From assembly GCF_011386835.1 (NCBI RefSeq), contig NC_088798.1, positions 36,952,001-37,016,000 on the forward strand: 64,000 nt of DNA, given 5' to 3'. Positions within the stretch are counted from its first letter, which is position 1. Every line of letters begins with the position of its first letter. The stretch comes from Chrysemys picta bellii. Taxonomy: Eukaryota. The position numbers and the translations under genes were made by a program. This document shows, piece after piece, positions 38,578-52,699 of this stretch. Below the pieces are notes generated by a model. The model saw only the letters and a program-made list of their open reading frames with translations. It ran no database searches and was not told where the DNA came from.

Positions 38578-40593
38578 TAATGGCATCAGTTCTATTGAGT
38601 AAGAAATAAACGTACACTGACTAAACAAATCACTCTTCTCATTCTTGTGCACAGCCTTGGGCATTTCAAAAGATTTCCAAAAGAGCCACAATAGCTCATG
38701 TCAAGGTCTGAGCCCTGTAGAACCAGAAACATAATTAGTTCCAAAAGTAGATGGTCCCTTCAGTAGCTATAAAGAAGTGCTGCCATTATTCACCCTCTCA
38801 GGATCTCTATCTGCCTTTCAGCTTCCCCTAATACCTGATGTGAAAGCCACAACAGCAGGAAAATGTTGTGGGGATGAAGGTGCCTTATGAACCCTTCTGC
38901 ACCAAGCAGACCATGTAAACTGCCCTGCAAAATCCCGCTTTCATACTATGAGTTCACCCCCCAGCTTAGATTCAACATGAAGGTTTAAAGGGTCTATGCC
39001 TGCCCCCTTCCTTACCCCTACTGCAGGGGGTGTGTTAAGGACAGCTTGGAGATGAAGATGGGGTGAGAGGCGCCAATGCTTTGGCTATTTAGCAGCATCA
39101 TAATAGGCCACAGAGGAGCAATGCTGGAGCTGCTAAGTTGTACCAGGAAGTAAGCAGGCTCCTGGCCTAAGCCTGAATTAGGCACAAAGGTGGCTTTTCT
39201 AGTGCAGGAAAATGACTAAGGGAGAATCCAGCCCCCTGTGGATAGTAACTGCACACATACTGCAGTTACTATAATGTCATTCAAACAGATATGCCATTGT
39301 TGCTATTTCTTTTGCTGCTGCAATTTACGGTTTTATTAAGATATTGTCCAGAAAATGGATATACCTGGAAAATAGCATTATATCAATATTGGAAACTGGT
39401 GATATCCCCAAGGAACCCCAGGGGCCTGCTGCTTATTCCTGTGTCATGGGATGAACTGTTAGAAACCCAAATAAGCTAGAGCTAAAGAATTTGCAATGGC
39501 TGTATGTGGCAATGATAGCAGCAGCAGTCCTAGTGACAGTCCAGATGCAGAGGGCCAAATTCTCTGCTGGCACAGCTGTTGCCGCTGGCATAAATTGGCA
39601 TCTCTCCAGCTTGTGGCAATTTTCACCAGCACAGAATCTGGCCCAGTGTCCTCAGAGCAGCAACCCTGAGCTGAGCTCTCATATAAAGTTGAGGAAATAA
39701 AAGAAGAAATTCTTGAAAGGAGGTAGAAGAAGAATTTGTTCCTACTCTTCTACTGGAAAACTTCCTCTCATTCTACAGTAGAGGTGTTATTTCCAAGTTG
39801 GCACATAGCAGATACCTATTTACAATGGGCATTATTCTGCCACCCTTAGACAGGTGGCATAATACCTTACTCTGCAAATAGTCCCACGGAAATCATTACT
39901 ATTCTCCTGCAGCACCTTCTTCCCTCTGAAGAGTTCTCTACCTGGGTTCAGGTAGCACCTGAAAAGTTAGTGCCTCCATGCATGACACCTGCAGTGAGAT
40001 TTTCAGTGATGTAATCTCTACAACGGTTGGACAATGGAGAGAAGAATGGAGAAGGAAGAAGGGAAGGTAGCCCTTTGATGCTCAGTATTATCTGTGTCCC
40101 CCGACTAGCAAAAAGAGAGTAATCCAGTGGCTACACTGACCATAGTACCTGTGCATAAAGAGTGCCAAGACTGGTTCCAGGCTTATCACAGCTCACACAT
40201 TTCTTTCAAATGTAGGCTCAATGTGCCACTGTTACTATACTATGAATAGTATCTTAATCTGGGTATAATCCCATTAATTTCTGAATGAGGCCCTGTATTT
40301 TTTTTCCTGTTTTCTTTGTGGGGGTGGAACGTGCTATATGAGAATGGTTCTGGCTTCTTCAAGCACTGAGCCCATTGTGAAGAAGGCATATCAGTGCAAG
40401 ATTACTACTCTGTCTCCACAAGAAATGTGAGTCGTTCTTGCCCCCAAAATCCAACAGATATAATAACAAATACCTTATACATCACACAATTTTTATGCCT
40501 CTGCTAGATCAGCTGCTGAACATACCACAAGGTGGTTGCTTCACTTAATACAAATGGTGAGGGGTGTACAAAGGAGTCCATTAATAAAAAAAA

Positions 40594-40680
40594 GGGACAG
40601 ATCCTCACCCGATGTAAATTGGCATAGCTCCATTGGCGCCAGTAGAACTATGCCAATTTACACCAGCTCAGGATCTGCCT
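40594..40680. repeat. Short palindromic (hairpin) interspersed repeat, with related copies at 23657-23747, 39552-39644, 41099-41158 and 46032-46117
   Basis: Arms tgtaaattggcatagctc / gaactatgccaatttaca are 17/18 complementary. Family termini resemble GGGCCAGAT...ATCTGGCCC. Confidence 0.8.
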
Positions 40681-43600
40681 CAAAGTTTTCTGAATGATTA
40701 ATAACCATATTAATAACCGCTGCTCTCTTTTTATCACTTTGTTACCTCTTTTGCTGTTTGGCACTGAGAATGCTTCTGGGGCAATACTTTGATCTAAACT
40801 CAAGCACTCATTTCGGGGAAATTAATACTTTGCACTTTAGCAACACTTAACAGGTCTGATTCCCACTGGAAGATGACAACTAACTTTCTTCCATGTAAGT
40901 ACAATAAAATTGCTCACTGTAATATATTCCCCATTCCTACCCTGTTGTGTTGTTGCGCTATTAGCTGGTGGCAAGCAGAACCTCCACTCATTTCATGTTG
41001 GCACATTGTTGTGCATGTCCTTGACTTATTCAACCCCTTAGTTTATAGCTGACCAGAAGTTGATTCCTCTGGCTTTCTTGGGCTTGCTTTCGACATTTAG
41101 GGCCAGATCATCAGCTGGTGTCAATTGGCATAGCTGCATTGACTGAAGAACTGGCCCCAAGTAAAGTACTCTTAAAATATCTCCTATCCACTTTCTCCCC
41201 CATTATTATTTTTTTGAATTCTCCATTGTCTATGATTAAACTTTCCATAGACATACAAGCCTGGTAAGCATTTTTTTAATTTTAAACAAAAAAAATAAGC
41301 TCTTTCTCTCTCCTGCTGGAATTTCCCAAGATCAACCAGGTTCAGTATTTTCATAAAATGTATTTGGATGGAGTAAGCTGTGTTTAAATTATCATTTAGT
41401 GATGTGAAGATTTAATTTCATGGTGGAATTAAGGTTGACATTTCCTTTTTATTTACACAACACCAAAGGTTAATAAGGTTACCATAAACTTAATCTTTGG
41501 TAGCTCAACAACAGAGTATTTCAGGATTACTGCAAAGCTGGATTTTAACTCTTTTAATCCCATTATTGTTGATAACCTTATCAACACAGGACTCCACAAT
41601 AGAGTATGTAGAGACACCCTAGAACTGTACATTTCATTTATGCTTGCCGAAGGAAGAGCTAGACAGTTGCTTGGTTGGTGTCTGCAGCGAGTTTCACAGT
41701 TTGTGGTGAGGCTGCAATTTTGCTTTTAAATTCTTTATCAGAGATCTTTGCCAAGAAAAACATTGATCCATGGCATACATTGGTGGGGCAATGCAAGGTT
41801 GCGCTAATTCCCTCCTCCCTTGGGGCAACTGCTCCAAGAATCAGACCACTAGTCTGGCAAGTTAAAATACAGAAACTTACTGCTAATTGCGGTGTTTACA
41901 ATTCCCAACCTGTTTGCAGGCACCAACAGTCTCACTGCATCCTCTTGAGTGCACCAAGAGATACTTGCTGGCAGTAGTTTGCCAAGGTTCCAGTCTGGCT
42001 ACATTAATTACTGTTAATTTTTGTGTATTGGGTAGAAGCTTTAGTTAGCTATTTTAAGGATTTAAATGATCCTTCTATGACATTAAAGACATAGCATCCT
42101 TAGTTATATGCTGTCACAAATCTCTATAATATACTTTGTTTGGAAACACAAACTGTAGGACGTTTATTTGTGAGCTGCCAAATATAATAAGGATAGATTT
42201 CATAAAATTCACACAAGAAAATGAAGGGCTATGTCTTGCCATTGAAATAAAATAAATCACCTAACAAGATGGTAATGCTCATTTTTAGCACTTTTCACTG
42301 AACACTTGATTAGACAAAAAGAATAAACAAAACTTCTTGCAATGTATCATTATATCAACCTGTTCAGGCTTTATATAATACATCTTTGTTTTACAATACG
42401 GCTTTGAAAAAATGGCATTTATTCAGAAAATACATAAAAGATTGTATGACACCAAACAACTATGCTCCAGACCTTCAGTGGAGATGCCCCAGTTTACATC
42501 AGTGAGGGATTTGGTCCTATATTTCTAACGGCTATGCATCAACCTGCTTAAGTGAATGTATTTCAGGACATCACTTTAAGCCCCACTTCATCAGAATGTT
42601 TCAACATGCTCTTAACTTTAAGCATGCACTTAAGTCTCATTGAAGTCAATTGGACTTAAGCACTTGCCTAAGTTAAGCATGTGTTTAAGTGTTTTGCTGA
42701 GTAGGGATGAATTACTGATTTAGGGCCCCCCAAAAAACCATCATATTTGTATATTTTATTAGACTGTCACAATTTATAATGTCACATTTTGGGTATTTTC
42801 TGCTTTTTCTATTTCTGCAGAGCTGGTACCATGACACCAAAATTGGGCCATATAGACTGACAGTTTTTAAGCAGAATTATTCTCTGAAATCACAATGTTG
42901 GCATCTTCCTTGACAATCTTAAAAAGATGCATAGGATTAGGATTTGCATGGATGTGGAATCTGAAATACCCTGTCACCCTAAGCTTGTTCTTTCCAGCCA
43001 GAGGGGAAGTTCATTCATGGGGTAGTGTGGAGAAGTTTCTTGTTCTGGACCTATTCTGTGTATAAACAGAGGCTACCAAATTCCAGATATGTTAGTGTTC
43101 CCTTTCATAAGAAATAAATTACCTTAAAACAAAAAGGAAAAAAAGTCATAGAGATTGCTGGAGCTGTATTCAAATTCGATTTAAAATAAGGAAAATGCAT
43201 TTTGTAGGCTAGGCTAATTCCCAATGGATGTTTGTTCACTTTACAACACTACCATACAATTTGGCTCCATATGCTATAAATGGCAGACTCTGTTTATGTG
43301 AAATTGCCAGAACTGACACAGCAGAGTTTCTTTAAATCAAGATTTCAGGTTGTTTGGCAGAATGGAGTGAGAAGCTGGCATGGTGCATACCTATACTATG
43401 CCTTGTTCCCCCAGAGTTCGTTGTCAGTCTCCCATTCTTATGAGAAAGTCAATTAATCATATTCATTTTAAAATAAGGGGAGGGGACTCACAGGAATCTG
43501 TTTTGTTTTTTCCTTAACCCCTTTTTACTCTTCATTTAGCAACAATCATATTGGAAAAAATAAGCTATGTTGTTTTCTCTATAGGACCCAAAACTTATGC

Positions 43601-46600
43601 ACAGACGCTTGCAGCAGGACTTCAGGAATACAACTATAGTCTCTGAGTCACTGACCAGTAGCTTCAGGTGATATGCAATTAAAGCAGTGGGAAGTATCCA
43701 AGATGAATCACAAACAATACTGGCATTGTGTCCTTTCATCTGCGAACATTTCCTTTATCTTCATGTGACAATTTTGTTTGCATATGACATATTATACTGG
43801 GCTTGATTCTAAACTCAGATATGCATCAGCACATAACCCCTTTCTTAAATACCCACTAGTGAGCCTATTTCCATAAAATCTATAATGACTTTTCCAAGGT
43901 ACACCTTGATGCACATCTCTATGTCTGAGATTAAAATCCAATTTTTAAATATGGGGTCATAAAGTCAGGATCATAATTCAGATCATCTTTTAGGTGCCTA
44001 TATGTGTTATTTGGTATGTTTTATAAACACCCAAGCACCCTGCAGCTCTCAAAAGTCAGGCTACTTTTAGATGCCTAGATATGAATTTAGGAGCTGAACT
44101 TCAGGCCCCAGTTTATTAAAATCTTGACCTAAATGACTAATATCAGATCAAATCTGACACCTTTTCTGTCATGTAGAGACTCCTCCCTCTACTCATGGGA
44201 GTCCTAAAAATACCTACTGATTTACTTGCCCTTCAACATTTCCTTAGCATGACCATGAACCTCCAGCTCCGGAGGGCTGCACCTTTGGAGCACATTCTTA
44301 ACTGGCTCTATAGGTTACTGTGAAGCAAAGTGTACAGTTCAGAAGAAAATATTATGGGAGGAAATTTAAGTGTATGAAAATTTGAGGGGTACAGGAAAGG
44401 TGGATGCAAAGAAACTCCAAGAAGGTAATGGACTGAAAACAGCAGAACACAAACTGACAGTAAAGCCAAATTATTCTCTCACATCACATACAGTGGAGAA
44501 AAAATCCAGAATTAATCCATTTTCACCAATGGAGCTAGTTTGGATTTACTCTGATGTGAGAGCAGATTTTGTCTCTAAAATAAGAAAACACAAAAAAGCA
44601 TTAAAAGCAGTTCCTTTACGCAAAGGATAATGAATGTGTGGAACTAACTATCAAAGCCAATAAAGACTACATCTCTGAACATATTCCAAAAGGAATTGGA
44701 CCAACACTCTAGAGGAAAGAAATACTAAAGGATACAAATCCTAGCTAAAGTAAATAGGTAGAAGGAAGGATGGATGGATTCATACAGGTCATATGTCCTA
44801 AATTACTGCTATAATGCTCCTGCCCCATGCCTTTGTCTAAGCATACTAGGTTTGATTTCTCACTTTTTGTATTATATATGGTTATATTCTAAAGAGATTT
44901 GGCCAATTTCCATGCAATTTATAATATAACACATGGAGGATCCTGATTCTTCTTATTTACATAAGATTTATATTGTCCATACTGGATTGGGCAAGAAAAA
45001 AGCTTTAGAGTATATGGACAAGTCCCACTGAAGGAAAAAGAAAATAGCACAAAAGTGCCTTTTAGGTTGAACTGGTTTTTAGGATTATTTTTGAATGCCA
45101 AATTTACGACAAACTTCTCATAGGTGAGTGACTATTCGTTGCCACACCAGTGTGCATGTTAAAGCTGCAGCTGATTGCATTCATTTCAGTGTCCATGACG
45201 GAGACTTATGCAGCCACTAAAACACTGGACTTGGCTTTATTACATCAGCAATCTTTATCATAGGTAAAAATTAAATGTTACTGATCAAAGTCTCCAGTGT
45301 ATTAGACAATAGATTTTGGTGAACATCAGACTGTTTATGTCCTCTTATTCCATGATCCTTCTTGAACACATTTTTTTTTTTTTTGGCAAATGCAATGAAA
45401 ATTTCACCGCCTATTTAGGTTCAGCAGGTCACTTATTGAGTACTAGTATTTTTTTCCTGAAAACCCATATTTATTTGGTTGGATTCCCCCTTCAGAATAT
45501 CAGTGTCCTAATAGGTAGCATGTATTGATGTTCTTCATCATAGATCCGTCTTTTGAGCACTGTAGCTGATTTTCCTTGGCATGTTAAGCTTTATAGTGTG
45601 TCCCTTTTCCCCATTGCCTGAATATTTGCCATAGTTCTAAGAATAGAAGATATGGATACAGGTACAGGTAGGGTTCCCTAACATAGCTATGTATGAACTC
45701 AATCATTTCCAGTGTTCAGTATGTAGATAGATGTTGTCTCACATTATTGATGCATAATGCATTGGGTTGGATGGGAGTTTTGCCTGCATTCCTTTTATGG
45801 TTGAAAGGATGCATCCAGGCCTTTATTTGAAATCTGTGCACATTTCTGTCAAACCACATGGGGAATGAATGTTTTGCACTCTAGTTTCTTGTTAAATGGT
45901 ATGCAGCCATTGCAGCTACATTGACATGTCAAGGATCTATGGGAGTAAAAAGCACATATAATTTTTTTAAATAAATTATAATAGAAATCCAATGCTTTTG
46001 CTCTAATTTTTCAATGCCTTTTAAAGTCTCTAGGCCAGATCCTAGCCTGGTATAAATGGCATAGCTCCTTTGACTTCAGGAGAGCTGCACGGATTTACAC
46101 TAACAGATAGTCTGGCCACTTATTTAAAAATAAAAATTCCTAGAGGATGGAATATGGTTCTAACCTCTTGGCCCCTCACTGCTGTTGCTGTAGTACATTG
46201 ATACTTGCAAGTTAAGTTCTATTTGGTCAGCTACAAGTTTGATACTGAATTGTGTAATACAAAGCCAGCCGTCAATATTTTAGAAAGCCATTCCTCACAC
46301 TTCTGAGCAGCAAACGGCCCATCACTAAGAAGGCCAAGCCTTGTCAGCATGAGCTGCTGACTTCTATGAAAGAAAATTCTGACCTAATCGCTAGCTCTGG
46401 AATTAATCTCAGAAGAGAGCTTTTAATAGGAAAAAAGCAAAGCTATTATGCTGAGCCAATATTTATGTTTTGCAATAAATAAATATGTGAAATATCCTAA
46501 ATATAATTAAATGTGGTAATAGTTAAAGTCCAAAAGCTCAAGCAATTTTTTTTGTTTATTTTTTACAGGTCTCCTTGAAAGTAGCAATTTAATCTTCATG

Positions 46601-48198
46601 TCTATCTAAACATTTAGCCACTCATGCTGCTCACTTTACTCATGCTTATAGTCTTCTTGATTCAATGTGTGTTTAACGGAAATATAAAGGAAGCAGGATC
46701 GAATTTGATCTGGAATAGCCCGGGAGGCAAAAAAACAAAGTTTTGTTTGTGGCCTTTGCCCATACTCTTTGTGATGCACAAAGGAGACCTGAATGTTGTT
46801 TTTCTCTTGTGTCAACCTTAGAAATACCAGGGTTTGTATATCCAGGTTTTACAGAGGAACTGTATGAATGACTGAAGACCTAGTGTTTTATGACATCACG
46901 AGAGACAAGAAATTGAAACATGAGCAGTTGAGAGGGAAAATGATTTTTAGTCAATCTATGTAAAAAAACTTTTGTTTTTCATTTGTTTTATTAATCCCTA
47001 TTTAACTTAGATTTTGACAAATGTGGGAGAAAAGCTCTTGTTCTTAATGATTAAAAAAATCTCTGCTTCTTCAATTGATGTCTGACAAAGCTCTCACTAC
47101 ATTTCCCTAGTATTTCCCCAAGTCCTCTAGGAAAAATAGGGAATTTAATGCTCCTGACATTTCTAAAGCAAAATACAAATTGATAATAGGCCTTTTGTAT
47201 ACATCACAAAAGAGGGGAGAAAAGGCACATGCACATTTTTTTTCCTTTGCAGGTCACCTTTAACTACTATAGCAGGGAGACAAAACAGTTATCTCAATAA
47301 AATGGCAGCTGCTGAACTGTATAATTATAGATTTTAAGGAAAGGTTGTTCTACATCATGGCTGAAGAGGTCATGTGCTTAGAACAACCATATGAATTACC
47401 TTTTAAAGTATAACTATTAAAATTTTTGTTTCCAAAGAGTGTAATGTATTAATGAATCAAGTCTCATGGCTCATATCTGTTGCCATTTGTCTTTTCAAAA
47501 AAATCTATAATGAATAATGACAGTGGTGCACTTTTAAAATATGAATTTTCCATCAACCAGTAACTTCTTGGTAAGATAATGTGAATCCTAACAAAGACAT
47601 TGCCATTTGATAATGTGATATGAGTCATATGAGATCTACATTTGCTATGTAAATGTTCATATAAGATGCAACGAGATGCTTCTTTTTGGTTACAGACTGT
47701 ACAATTAAATAATGTTCAGTTCTAGTTCAGGATATTACTGTATCTCCCATTAAAGAAGACCAATCCCACAGCAATCATTTTGCCATTGATTTTCAGTTAT
47801 TTAAAAGACTGGTTTGAACTCCAGAGATTAATGAATTTTGTGGTATTTTCCTATCTTATCAAGAGAACTGTTAATATTACAAACAAAGGTTATGAATCAG
47901 CATTTTTAATATTTAAGGAAATTCAGCTAGAGTATTTCAGCATTGATTTCATACCTAATGTTTAATCATTTGAAAGGGATATACATTACATATAAATTCA
48001 AATAAACTAATACAGAACAATATTATGGTGACAACTGACTTTGAAACAGATAAGAGATTAAGGTGGACACGAGTTTCTACAGTGCATCTGAAATATATTC
48101 ACTTCGAGAGAGTTACTTGGAAACTTTAAAAAGACAGTAATGGCCCTACTTCTTTCTAATGGCACAAAATATCAGAGAAATACCAGGGTCATTTCAAT

Positions 48199-48990
48199 TT
48201 CATAGAATCATATCACAGAACTTAGAGATGGGAAAGACCTCCAAAATTCAATCTCCCTGACAATGCAGGATGATTGTTCCCTGCAGTACCTTTTCTAGTA
48301 GTTTGGCCAATCTAGTTTTAAATTTCCCAAGTCAAGAGGCTTCCCCTTGGAGGCTATTTCACTGCTTTCTATAGTCTCCAACTGGCTAAAATCGGAGCAG
48401 TATTGGGCCCACTTAAAGGAAGCTTTTCTTGAAATCCAGCTGGAATTTTACCTTTCTTAATTTCATCCCATGTGTCCCAGACATGCCCTCATGCACCACC
48501 CTACAAAGGCTCTCTCCCTTCTAGAATTGAAATCTTGGTTATTTATTACTTCCATTTATACCTTTGGCTCTCTTACTTTTTACTAATAAATCAATCCGTC
48601 CACCCCTTGGATTATTTTTTTCTGTTCTCTCATCTGCCACCAACTGGTCACTATATTTTTGGAAATATAATCCCCAGACTGAATGTAATAATCCAAGTGA
48701 GATCACACACACAGCTGTTGCATGATTTTTCCTCTCTGTTTTATGACACAATATCTCTGCACATTCAGCCCCAAATGCCATTAGTGGTTTTTCCTGCCAT
48801 ATCATTTTGCAAAGTAATGTCTAATTTACTCTCCACTATCACCTCTAGGCCTCTTACAACTTTACACTTCTCCAGGATTCTCGCCCCTTTGAATACGTGT
48901 GTTTCAGGCTATTTCTCCAGCGTTGGTATGAGCTCTGATTTTTTTCCTATCTGAGTCCTTTTGTTATTTTCCACCTATTACCCTAATTTC
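48199..48990 (-). mobile_element. Old, degenerate CR1 3' fragment
   Basis: catagaatcata is the reverse complement of the CR1 terminal repeat. The interior (ccaactggtcactatatttttggaaatataatccccagactgaatgtaataatccaagtgag) is a decayed antisense copy of the LEYCVQFWAP/KDVxxLE region. Confidence 0.7.
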
Positions 48991-49366
48991 TCTAGGGCCC
49001 GCTGTTTCATATTGTTTCATTTCATATCTATGGATGCTAGTTATATGATAAAATGCATAATAGACCGATGAGACATTTGAGTTTTGAATAACTTTAGTTT
49101 CTAAATCATAAATATTTAAGGAATGTAAGGTTCTGGGGAGATTCTCTAATAAATGTTTCCATATTTAAATGTTTCAGGGGATACAGGTTGAATCCTGTAA
49201 CATTTTGTGATGATTTGTAATTGGTGTTATGGTTATGGTTTCAACAAAATGTTAGTGGATAATATAATAGCTAAATGTAATAAATCTCTTCTTTTTGCTT
49301 TATAATAAAATGTTACATTTTTAAAAAGTGATACAAAAGCCCATTTTATAATTATAATATAAATAT

Positions 49367-49454
49367 GCATCCGAAGAAGTGGGCTGTAGTCCACGAAAGC
49401 TTATGCTCTAATAAATTTGTTAGTCTCTAAGGTGCCACAAGTACTCCTGTTCTT
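49367..49454. mobile_element. Penelope-like element terminal fragment
   Basis: gcatccgaagaagtgggctgtagtccacgaaagcttatgctctaataaatttgttagtctctaaggtgccacaagtactcctgttctt matches an abundant turtle Penelope-type end as I recall it. It is flanked by cattttataattata at 49342-49356 and 49455-49469. Confidence 0.75.
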
Positions 49455-52150
49455 CATTTTATAATTATATACAATGCTTATAAAACATAAAATTCCAACT
49501 GTATAGCTATACAATAATGTGAGATTTAAATCTAAAGGAAAAGGCCAGTTTGTTTAGTCCTCATGAAGCACAATTAAAGGTGCAGAGGGATAGATGACAG
49601 ATCATGTGTGTTTCTTGAAGAAAATTCTCTGAATCTTGGCAGTCACCTAGGTGGGTGAAGTGCAATTAATTATTATATAAATAACTTGAGCATAAAATCA
49701 GAATGGTTAGTGCCCGTTCCTACATTTTATGTGAACCCCAAATGTCCTTTGAAATCAGTGAGGCTCTTGGATGCATCAGAAAGCAGGATTGGTCAGAAAG
49801 AAATAAAACCTACCTAACCTTATGCAATCCAGTTATTGTGCTGTACCTTGTGGTATGACCCTTGTTTTTGACAAATTTGCATGTGGGAGGAGGCTATTGA
49901 ACATAGATCACAGTCTAATCTTGCAGTCCTTGAGGAGGTCAGTGGGACTTTAGCCCGTGTCGGGACTGCAAGAGTTAGACTTTTTTTTGTTTGTATCAGA
50001 CTTATAGCAGCAAGATCCATTTTTCATGTATTTGCCCTTCTGCAAATTGTATTTACCTGTATCAGAGAGGTGTTTGTTATGGGAAAGAGTACATGAAATC
50101 AGATTGAAGTGCACACCAATTAATTTAGGACCTGAGCCTGCAAACACTTACTACCAAGGGCAGTGCTAGCTACTGTGAGTAGACCTATGCAGGGTGTTTC
50201 TTTGACTGCAGTGGAAAATAGAAATGAATTCTCTTATATTTAATAAAGCAAATCTTCTCTTGGGACATCTTCTGCTTTCATTTGCACCCAGGCAATTCCA
50301 ATGGGGTTACACAGACTTAACGGCCCATTCCTACAAAGGGTTGAGCGGTCTCACTTCCTGTTGAAATCAGTGGGAGCTGAAAGGATTCAGCATTTCTCAA
50401 TAACGGCTCAGCACTTTGCAGGATCAGACTTCTAAATCAGGGTAGCATTTGATTGTTTTTATGGACTTACTCCTAAAGCCAGTTATGTTTACAAAAGAAG
50501 CCCTAATCCTTCAAAGAATTACACACCAGTAACTTTAGACACACAATAGCCCTATTGACTGCTCATATGTGTAAAGTTACTCATAGGCAAGTCTTTACAG
50601 GATTAAGACATTTACAGAACAGATTAAACTTTCAGTGGTCAGGATTCACATGTAAAACTAGTGAAATAAATGCTGTAAATCTTGTTAAAAACCTTTGGAA
50701 CTAGGACCCTCTCCTGCCCACAATGAAGTCAGTTGGTGTTATGCCATTGACTTGAATGGGAGAATTGGGCCCTGAATGCTTTAGCTGTATACATGAGTAA
50801 TCATGTTCCCACAAGAAGTCCCACTGAAGCCAAATGTTCACAGAATCAGGCCCTTTGAATGCACAGCTTATTCTTATTGATGTGTTGCTTGGAAGTCAAG
50901 CCTAGCTGATTTTTATGAGTTTGGATGTAAATGTGTGTGTCAGATCCCAAGAGTTACTACTGAAACTCAAAGGTTGTTTCTTTAAGAAGGCTGTTGGGAA
51001 ATGTAATTCTAGCAGCCTTTATGCTATTGAGCATTTAAACAACATTTTCCAACTAATTTTGATGACCACACCTAATATTTCTCTGATCAGACCTTATATT
51101 TCAGCTGTTAGTAAGCACATAACATAGCAATCCCCTAAAGATTTTAGAGGGAAAAAAATCTACAATCATCAAAATGTTAATTTAGACAATGACAAAGAGT
51201 ACATGCATTAAAAATGCATCAGCCCTATCATTAAGGTATTATTCAGCAGAAACAGCTAATCGTATTAAAGAGAAAGTAGCTATAAGAAACAAAGTACAAC
51301 AAGATGTTTTGCTAAGCTTATATTTATGGATAAAACTAAGTCCAATCTTTACTGCACAAGATACTCAACCAAAACAAAAAAGCAAACAAAACCACATCCT
51401 TTGTGTGATGAAAGGGGAACTCATGATAATACTCTAAGTCATGACTCAAGGGAAAATGTCAACTAAGAGCTTAGATCAGAGGAAGGTTTATAATACAAAC
51501 CTGGCGTTTCAATTGCTGTTCTTGCAGCAATTAGAACATAGGTATGTGACGGTGCTAAAACTGACTATCATTTAGCAACTGATCTTCTTAGCTTTCTGCG
51601 TGACTTTTTAAAGTGCAATTTCACGTTATTTCTGCAGCCGCTGAACATAGGAAACTACAAATAAAAACTCTGCTTTCAAGTGGTATTAGAGAACCAAGAT
51701 GATCACAGTGCTGTTATCAAAAGAAATGTCTAAAGAATAACAGATCTACATATGTCTGTGTCACAATGAGAGCTACAGTGTCTATTGAAGGGTAAGAGTC
51801 CTTTAGCAGTTTGAAATAATTAAGCAGAACATAGATGGTCTTTCCACTGCTATGCAAGAGAGAGAAATTCTCGAGGAGCCCCACCTTATATGCGCAAATT
51901 CATCACCACTAAAATCTTGACTATCATAAAAATAATCATATTAATAACTGAGTATATGTAAGGCTCCATCCTAAAATATTCTATTTCGACACCACACTTC
52001 TGTGTTTGCCTTAAAATGGCTTCTAATCTAATTCACTGCGCTCACATTTATACATGGGTAGCATAAAAAAAAGTGGCATTATCTATGTATTTGAAGGGGG
52101 AAGGGAAAAAGTCTGCGTAGATTATGCCAGGCTCCCCACTATTACCAGTT

Positions 52151-52245
52151 TAAAAAGAAAAAGAAAAAAAAAAGCCTGTGGATGAGTGCGCCTGCGTGCC
52201 TATCTAATGTCTCTGTGTCTACTGTATGTGGGGCGGGGCGGAGCG
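52151..52245. promoter_or_regulatory. Candidate promoter: poly(dA) tract, NRF1-like motif and GC box
   Basis: A-tract 52151-52173, tgcgcctgcgt at 52187-52197 and ggggcggggcgg at 52230-52241, at the edge of the CpG-rich domain. Confidence 0.4.
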
Positions 52246-52699
52246 AGAGTGAGCTGGAAGGTGATGGGTATGAATGCCATGGCTTTGATTTCCAATCTGA
52301 GCTCCGCAGTTTAAAGGCTAACCCACCTTCCAGCCAGAACTCTAGCTGTGCTGCTAAGCTATGTTGGCTGGAATAGGTGGGCCGAGTGTTTTGTCCAAAC
52401 TATGCCCCACCTTTGTTACCTTATAAAAGTGGGAAGTTTAGCCCTGCAGCCTATTTTTTTCACATCAGCCTGCCAGCCCCTAGCATTTCAGTCTATTGTA
52501 TTCCATACACTTCCTGAGATAAGGCCCCTACATGAACCTTCCCCTTCTGTGTAGCCGACAGGGATTTCTTTGCCTACATTTGATTTGATAGGAAGAGATC
52601 AAACTGGCAACCCCAGCTCTGTGGCTGTGATACACTCGGGAGAACATCAGGGCCACAAACTATAAACCACAAAGTTAGGGGCTGGGATTCTTGACTGAC

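Noticed and set aside
48472-48954. 160-aa plus ORF
   Set aside because: Antisense reading of a decayed CR1 fragment.
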